Assembly (NCBI GenBank): GCA_965198005.1
Contig: CBDAOI010000002.1
Coordinates: 352,001-416,000, forward strand
Origin: Spirochaetia bacterium
GTDB taxonomy: Bacteria; Spirochaetota; Spirochaetia; SZUA-6; Bin103
Length of the DNA: 64,000 nucleotides
Direction of reading: 5' to 3'
Part shown: piece after piece, positions 58,338-64,000 of the stretch
Layout: the number at the start of each line of letters is the position of its first letter
How positions within the stretch are numbered: the stretch's first letter is position 1
Program-made: the position numbers and the translations under genes
The notes under the pieces: model-generated
Told to the model about the DNA's origin: nothing
What the model saw: the letters and a program-made list of their open reading frames with translations, nothing else
Databases searched by the model: none

Positions 58338-60532
58338 CGCAGGACGCGGCGGCGCCGCCCCAGCAGGTAGCTGCGCAGCAGCAGGATCACCACCAGCAGC
58401 ACGAACACCAACGCGGTCCGGAACTCGGCGCCGAGCAGGAAGCCGGTGAGGTTCTCGGCGTACCCCAGGGCGGCGCCGGCGACCACCACCGGAGCGATGT
58501 TGCCCAGCCCGGCGACCACCACGATCACGAACGAACGCACCGTGTAGGTGATGCCGATGAACGGGTGCACCACCCATACCATCGCCACCAGCGCGCCGGT
58601 GACTCCGCACACCGCGCCGTTGAGGGCGAAGGCGAGGGCGTAGACGCGGTCGGTGCGCACCCCCATCAGGCGCGCCGCGCGCGCGTTCTGGGAGGTGGCC
58701 CGGATGGCGCGCCCGGCGCGGCTGCGGCGCAGGAACAGCAGCAACCCCGCGGCTGCCGCCAGCGCCACCGCGAACGCCACCAGCTTGCTGTTGCCCAGCA
58801 CCACGCCGTCACCCAGCAGATAGGTGGCGCCGAGCTCCGCGTTGGCGGTGCGCAGGTCGGCGCCGAACACCTGGTTCATCAACTGCTGCAGCAGAATCGA
58901 GAGCCCGAAGGTGGCCAGCAGCGACCCGAACAGGTCGCGGTCCACGAGGCGGTACACCACCGCGCGGTAGAGCAGCCAGCCGAACACGAACAGCACGGCG
59001 CCGGAGACCGGTATCCCGAACAGCGGATGGATACCGAACGTGGTCAGCCACCAAGTGAGGAAGCCGCCCAGGATCACCAGCTCGCCCTGGGCCACGTTGA
59101 TGATGTTCATCACCCCCCACACCAGCGCCATGCCGTAGGCGGCGAGCGCGAAGATCGCCCCCACCAACAGCCCGTCCAGGAGCAGTTGCACGGACAGCGG
59201 CCCCAAGCGCAACGGGCGGGGACCGGTCTGTTCGGTGGCGGTGGAGGAGGCGTGGCCGGCCGTGGCGCCCGGACGGGGAAACCGCAGCTCGTGCGACGCC
59301 CAGGCGGTCGGCGCCACGACCCGGTACCGGCCGTCCTGAATCTGACTCAGCACCATCGGCTTGGCGATGTTCTTGCCGGTGGCGTCGAAGCGGATGTTGC
59401 CGTAGAAGGTCTGCACGTCGGTCGCCGCCAGCGCTGCACGCACCGCCTCGGTATCGAACGAACCGGCGCGCTGCAGCGCGTCCGCCCAGACCATGACCGC
59501 GGCCGACGACTCCGCGGCCTGGTAGGGAGGCGCATAGCCGTACTCCCGCTCGAACAGCGCGGCGTAGTCGGCGGCGCTGCCGAACAGGTGGTCGCGGTAG
59601 GTCAGGGTCGGTGCCCACTGCCCGGTGCACAGTATGCCCTCGGCGGCGTTCCCGAACCGTGCCGCGTCGGTCACCTCGGCCGACTCGCAGTGCGAGATGG
59701 CGACGATCGGGGCCGAGGCACGCAGCTCCGCGGCCTGCCGCACCAGCAGCGCCGCACCCTTCGAGTGGCCCGACACCAGCAGCAAGTCGGGGCGCCGCGC
59801 CTTGACCTTGAGCAGCGTCGCCGTCATGTCGTTGAGGTCGCGCGGCAGCTTGTCGTCGATCACCACCTCCATGCCGTGGCGCTCGGCGTCGTCCAGCACG
59901 CCGGCGCGGACGTCCTGGGAGAACGGGTCGTTCTCGGTAGCCACGGCGATCGTCAACGAGGCGGGGTCCCTCCCCTGCGCCCGCGCCTGCTCGGCGGCGA
60001 GGTTGATCGCCTCCTGCAGGTACTGCTCGGAGGTCGACAGCACCGCGAACAGGTAGCGGTAGCCCTTGTTGAACAGCTCGCGCGAGGCGCCGTTGCCCTC
60101 CACCATCGGCACGCGATGGCGCTCGGTGACCGGGGCGATCGCCTGGGTCAGACCCGAGCTGTAGGGGCCGAGCATGAACCGGACGCCGTCCTGCCGGATC
60201 AGGCGCTCGGCCAACTGGGCGCCGCGCGCCGGCGTCGACTCGTCGTCGTAATACAGGATCTCGAGCCGGTAGCTCCGGTCGCCGACGCGGACGCCGCCAC
60301 GCTGGTTGATCAGCTTGACCGCGAGGTCGTAACCGTTGCGCGTGTGGTTGCCGGCGGTGGTGTACTTGCCGGTCAGAGAAACCGCGGCGCCGAGCACGAT
60401 GGTATCGCCGGTGACTCTGGCGTACAGCGCTACCGGCACCAACAGCAGCCCCGCGGCCAGCAGCAACGCGTGCGCCCGGCCGGGAATGGTGGACACGGTG
60501 TCAGCCTGCGCGCACAGCGTGGTGCCGGTCAA
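58334..60532 (-). CDS. Fused LivK-type binding protein + LivH-type permease
   Basis: SLTGKY, YDDES, LGPYSS domain, a linker, then GMALVWGVMNIINVAQG and TM helices in one frame. Confidence 0.85.
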   Translation of the reverse strand: MTGTTLCAQADTVSTIPGRAHALLLAAGLLLVPVALYARVTGDTIVLGAAVSLTGKYTTAGNHTRNGYDLAVKLINQRGGVRVGDRSYRLEILYYDDESTPARGAQLAERLIRQDGVRFMLGPYSSGLTQAIAPVTERHRVPMVEGNGASRELFNKGYRYLFAVLSTSEQYLQEAINLAAEQARAQGRDPASLTIAVATENDPFSQDVRAGVLDDAERHGMEVVIDDKLPRDLNDMTATLLKVKARRPDLLLVSGHSKGAALLVRQAAELRASAPIVAISHCESAEVTDAARFGNAAEGILCTGQWAPTLTYRDHLFGSAADYAALFEREYGYAPPYQAAESSAAVMVWADALQRAGSFDTEAVRAALAATDVQTFYGNIRFDATGKNIAKPMVLSQIQDGRYRVVAPTAWASHELRFPRPGATAGHASSTATEQTGPRPLRLGPLSVQLLLDGLLVGAIFALAAYGMALVWGVMNIINVAQGELVILGGFLTWWLTTFGIHPLFGIPVSGAVLFVFGWLLYRAVVYRLVDRDLFGSLLATFGLSILLQQLMNQVFGADLRTANAELGATYLLGDGVVLGNSKLVAFAVALAAAAGLLLFLRRSRAGRAIRATSQNARAARLMGVRTDRVYALAFALNGAVCGVTGALVAMVWVVHPFIGITYTVRSFVIVVVAGLGNIAPVVVAGAALGYAENLTGFLLGAEFRTALVFVLLVVILLLRSYLLGRRRRVLR

Positions 60533-60578
60533 GGGCTAGCCAAGTCGCCCCGGTGCCCCGGTCAGGTCGGTTGACATT

Positions 60579-60875
60579 TTGCATCCATCCGGTCTATTGG
60601 TCAGGCTGGGGGTCAGGAGGTCGGACGTGTCTGCAATCGCGGAGGACTATCGCGCGCCGGACTTGGTGCCGGATCAGTGCTGGGAGGATGCCCGGATCGA
60701 AGCCGCTGCTGGCCTCTACCGGCAGGGTCTGATGTCCACTGGAGCCGCAGCAGAGTGGGCGGGGGTGCCGAAGCCTATCTTCTTGACGAAGCTGTCCGAG
60801 TACGGAATTGACACCTTCAGCCACGGCACCGACGAGTTGCGGCAGGATCTAGCCGTTGCACGAGGTCATCTGTAA
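60579..60875 (+). CDS. UPF0175-family antitoxin-like protein; N-terminus uncertain
   Basis: LYRQGLMSTGAAAEWAGV....FL..L..YGI. Confidence 0.7.
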   Translation: MHPSGLLVRLGVRRSDVSAIAEDYRAPDLVPDQCWEDARIEAAAGLYRQGLMSTGAAAEWAGVPKPIFLTKLSEYGIDTFSHGTDELRQDLAVARGHL

Positions 60876-61341
60876 CACTTCGCCACTCCAGTATCTGTAT
60901 CAGGTCAACCTGCTGGACGTGCTGCGGGAGCGGTTTGATCAAGTGCTCGTACCGGAGGCGGTAGAAGCTGAACTGGCCGAGGGTAGACGACGCAACGTGG
61001 CGCTTCCGACGCTGAAGGACCTCGACTGGGTGACCATCAGGTCGACACACGACCCATTACCGAGTCCGGCCCGCGGGTTGGGAAAGGGCGAAAGGGCCGT
61101 GCTCGCCTTGGGGATGCAGATGCCGCAAGCGGTGCTCCTGCTGGACGACGAGCGCGCTCGGCGCTATGCAATCAGGCGCAGGATGAAGATTACCGGCACC
61201 TTGGGCATGGTACTTGTGGCGAAAGAACGGGCCATGATCCCGTCGGTCACGGCAATGTTGGACCGTCTGGAGCACTACGGTTTTCGGCTCAGCGACCGGA
61301 CCCGCCAAGCAACGCTTGAGCTGGCGGGGGAGGCAAGCTGA
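60856..61341 (+). CDS. DUF3368 PIN-domain protein
   Basis: NTSPL, LGKGE, LLDD..AR, GTLG. Confidence 0.85.
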   Translation: MHEVICNTSPLQYLYQVNLLDVLRERFDQVLVPEAVEAELAEGRRRNVALPTLKDLDWVTIRSTHDPLPSPARGLGKGERAVLALGMQMPQAVLLLDDERARRYAIRRRMKITGTLGMVLVAKERAMIPSVTAMLDRLEHYGFRLSDRTRQATLELAGEAS

Positions 61342-61449
61342 ATGGTCACGCACTCTGCCGACGAGAGAACGAATCCGCGCAGACTGTGTGCCGTCGTCTG
61401 AGTTGCGAACGCTGGCAGGTGTTCACTATCTTCAAGGCAAATGTAGCAA

Positions 61450-62085
61450 ATGAGTAGTCAACAGACGCAAGGCCTCGAGATTGACCGCGAACGGATGCCG
61501 GACGAGTGGCCTACCCATATATTCCCTCCCGGATTCTGGGAAGAGCTGGGGAGAACAGTCGGCACGCTTGCCTTTCTTGAGGACTGCCTGAAACGAGCGA
61601 ACCTCGCGATCACGGCCACCCGTACGTATCGAACCGTGGCGGAAGCGGAAGATGCGTTCGCCACCTGGGAGGGTGACCTTGAGACTTCGCTGAACGAGAC
61701 CCTGGGAAGGCTGGCCAAGCGACTAGCGATGGCCATAACGGCCGATAAGCGGTACTCGGCGGACGCCGTTGACGCAATAGAGCAGGGATTGAAGAGTGTT
61801 GTGGAGTGGCGCAACGCGCTCTGTCACGGCGCGTGGGTCGGCTATGACCAGGGGAGCGGCGTCGCCACTCTGCGTTACTGGAAAAAGGACGAATGGCGCC
61901 GGCGCTCATCGCGGACTCTCTCCACGACTGACCTCGCGACAATTCGTCGCCAGGCGGTCGATCTCACCTTTGACGTTATCGACGCAGTAACTCGTCAGGG
62001 CATCCAGTTTCCCGGCTCGGGGTCCCCCGGGAAGGCGATACACAAGACATTCAAGACACCCAATTCGAGCCACACCGCCGAGTGA
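61450..62085 (+). CDS. Hypothetical protein with an Rx4H (HEPN-like) motif
   Basis: Predicted helical; LG...LE near the N-terminus; WRNALCHG. Confidence 0.6.
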   Translation: MSSQQTQGLEIDRERMPDEWPTHIFPPGFWEELGRTVGTLAFLEDCLKRANLAITATRTYRTVAEAEDAFATWEGDLETSLNETLGRLAKRLAMAITADKRYSADAVDAIEQGLKSVVEWRNALCHGAWVGYDQGSGVATLRYWKKDEWRRRSSRTLSTTDLATIRRQAVDLTFDVIDAVTRQGIQFPGSGSPGKAIHKTFKTPNSSHTAE

Positions 62086-62280
62086 CGCCGCAAGCAACTA
62101 AGAAGGACCGCGTCGGCGTGTACGGCGAAACTCACACCGTCGTAGAGTGCGTACAATCTAGCACGCCGCGCATGATCACTACTTTGGTGCCAGAGGCGCT
62201 GAGCCGCAGCGCATGCGGATCGGACCCTGGTATAGTAGCCGCCATGAAGACCAGCGACATCATCCGCACCCGCTCGCGGT

Positions 62281-63192
62281 ATGCACGCTGACCGGAACCA
62301 GGCCGCTGAGCCGGGCGCCGGGGTCGCCGCGGCCGGCCTGGATCTGACCGGACGGGCGGCCATCGTTACCGGCGCCAACTCCGGGGTCGGCCGGTCGGCG
62401 ACGGAGCTGCTGCTGGCCGCGGGCGCGGAGGTCACCTTGGTGTGCCGCGACCGCACGCGGGGCGAACAGGCGCTGGCGGAGGTCGGCCGCGCCTATCCGG
62501 GCGCCGCGGCCACCCTGGAGCTGGCGGACTTGGCGTCCTGGGCCGCGGTGCGCCGGCTGGCTGACCGTCTGGGCCGGCGGCTGCACCGGATCGACGTCCT
62601 GGTGAACAACGCCGGCGGGCCGAACGACCGCATGACGACCACCGACGAGGGATTCGAACACACCTTCGCGGCCAATCACCTCGGCCACTTCCTGCTGACC
62701 AATCTCCTGCTGGAACGATTGCACAACGGCGGGCGGATCGTGAACGTCAGCTCCGAGGGGCACCGCATGGGCGACCTGCGGCGCGCGCCGCTGGAGCAGA
62801 TCGCCCGCGGCGGAGCGTGGCGGGGGGGGTTTCAGGCCTACGCCGACGCCAAGCTGGCCAACGTCCTGTTTACCCTGGAGTCGGCCCGGCGCTGGGAACT
62901 GCACGGACTGGCGGTCAACGCACTGCACCCGGGTGCGCTCGCCACGCGCATCTGGAACCGGTACCATGGCCCGGCCGGACTGATCCTGCGGCTGCTCAAG
63001 CCGTTCCTGCGCAATCCCGAGGTCGGGGGGAAGGCGGTGGTCGGGCTGGTCCGGCAATCGGGGCCCGGCGGAGTGTCCGGCCGCTACTTCCGGGTCGGCA
63101 GGGAAAGCACGCCGCAACCACAGGCCGGAGACCGTGATCTTGCAGGTTGCCTCTGGGAGTGCAGCGCCGCGTGGACCGGACTGTCGGACTGA
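62281..63192 (+). CDS. SDR oxidoreductase (retinol-dehydrogenase-like)
   Basis: TGANSGVG, NNAG, NHLGHF, YADAK. Confidence 0.9.
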   Translation: MHADRNQAAEPGAGVAAAGLDLTGRAAIVTGANSGVGRSATELLLAAGAEVTLVCRDRTRGEQALAEVGRAYPGAAATLELADLASWAAVRRLADRLGRRLHRIDVLVNNAGGPNDRMTTTDEGFEHTFAANHLGHFLLTNLLLERLHNGGRIVNVSSEGHRMGDLRRAPLEQIARGGAWRGGFQAYADAKLANVLFTLESARRWELHGLAVNALHPGALATRIWNRYHGPAGLILRLLKPFLRNPEVGGKAVVGLVRQSGPGGVSGRYFRVGRESTPQPQAGDRDLAGCLWECSAAWTGLSD

Positions 63193-63203
63193 ACGAGAAG
63201 ACG

Positions 63204-63770
63204 ATGCAGACACGCTTGTCCCTGGACGCGGTAAATGACCTGGATGAGGCGGCGTTCACGTCATGTTTCGGTGACGTCGCGGAGCATTCGCCCTGGGTGG
63301 CCGCAACGGCGGCTGCCGCCCGCCCGTTCCCGCATCGCGAGGCGCTGATCGCCGCGTTCGTGGGCGCGGTGCGCGCCGCGCCGCCGGACGCCCAGCTCGC
63401 ACTGCTGCGCGTGCACCCCGACTTGGCCCACCGGGCGGCGGTGGCCGGCGACGCCGCGGCCGGCACAGCCATTGCGGAGGAGTCGCGGCGCGAGCAGGCG
63501 GGGGCGGGCCTCGACCGCCTTACCGCCGCCGAGTTCACCCGCTTCGGCGACCTCAACACCCGCTATCGCCGGCGCTTCGGCTTCCCGTTCATCTTCGCGG
63601 TGAAGGGCGCCACCAAGGAGGCGCTCCTGGCCGCGTTCGAGGCGCGGATCGACAACCCCGCCGCGACCGAGCGCGCCCTGGCCCTGGCCAACGTCGAACG
63701 CATCCTCCGTTTCCGCCTCGAGGATCGGGTCGCGCCCCCCAATCACCGCCCAGGCGCCGCGAAGCCGTGA
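63204..63770 (+). CDS. uraD: OHCU decarboxylase
   Basis: EHSPWVA, HPDLA, EQAGAGL, Y..RFGFPFIFAV. Confidence 0.92.
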   Translation: MQTRLSLDAVNDLDEAAFTSCFGDVAEHSPWVAATAAAARPFPHREALIAAFVGAVRAAPPDAQLALLRVHPDLAHRAAVAGDAAAGTAIAEESRREQAGAGLDRLTAAEFTRFGDLNTRYRRRFGFPFIFAVKGATKEALLAAFEARIDNPAATERALALANVERILRFRLEDRVAPPNHRPGAAKP

Positions 63771-64000
63771 ACCCGACCGCCGCGGGGCGGGTGGTGCGCG
63801 GCGCGGTGTTGACCTATCGCGACGACCCCGCCCGCGTCGGGCCGCGCCGCGCCGTGCTGTTCCACCGCCGGGGCGCGGTCGCAGTGACCGCCGCCGGCCG
63901 CATCGCCTGGCGCGGGCCGGCGGCGCGGCTGCCGCAGCGCTTTCAATCGCTGCCGGTGGACGACCACGGCGCGGCGCTGGTGCTGCCGGGGCTGATCGAC
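63767..64000 (+). CDS. guaD: Guanine deaminase, 5' end (runs off the window)
   Basis: RG.VLTYRDDP...[15 protein letters not shown] overlap with uraD. Confidence 0.75.
   Translation, partial: MNPTAAGRVVRGAVLTYRDDPARVGPRRAVLFHRRGAVAVTAAGRIAWRGPAARLPQRFQSLPVDDHGAALVLPGLID

Noticed and set aside
62228-62291. TGnTATAGT -10 box with a short MKTSDIIRTRSRYAR ORF before the SDR gene
   Set aside because: Could be a leader peptide or a gene scrap, but there is not enough evidence to call it.

Overview
High-GC bacterial chromosomal window with a core scaffold: rbsK-cysE, dnaE2, a PyrR-regulated pyrR-B-C-carA-carB-pyrK-D-F operon, purine/BMP and Liv-type ABC transporters, and uraD-guaD. This scaffold is interrupted by accessory and defence cassettes: McrBC, six toxin-antitoxin pairs, type III R-M remnants, SLATT-like and HEPN-like ORFs, an ammonium transporter and a CI/Cro-like pair. 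There are also many gene remnants collapsed by deletion. Strongest leads: (1) at 35.9-47.5 kb, two intact ~790-aa 2OG-Fe(II) oxygenases with a C-terminal CxCxxC motif, plus several relic alleles, each intact copy lying downstream of a decayed type III mod-res and a TA pair; (2) cassettes that appear to have inserted into gene 3' ends and displaced the original tail (an exact 18-bp repeat at dnaE2, weaker signals at pyrK and carA) with no integrase in the window; (3) a tandem CAGAC-N4-GTCT palindrome over the dnaE2 promoter, a candidate new SOS-type operator; (4) an orphan CI/Cro switch whose S24 Ser-Lys dyad is substituted. Several single-base frameshifts (carB, pyrF, luxR, res) may be sequencing errors. 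No rRNA, tRNA or CRISPR array was recognised. All family assignments come from motif recognition, not database searches.
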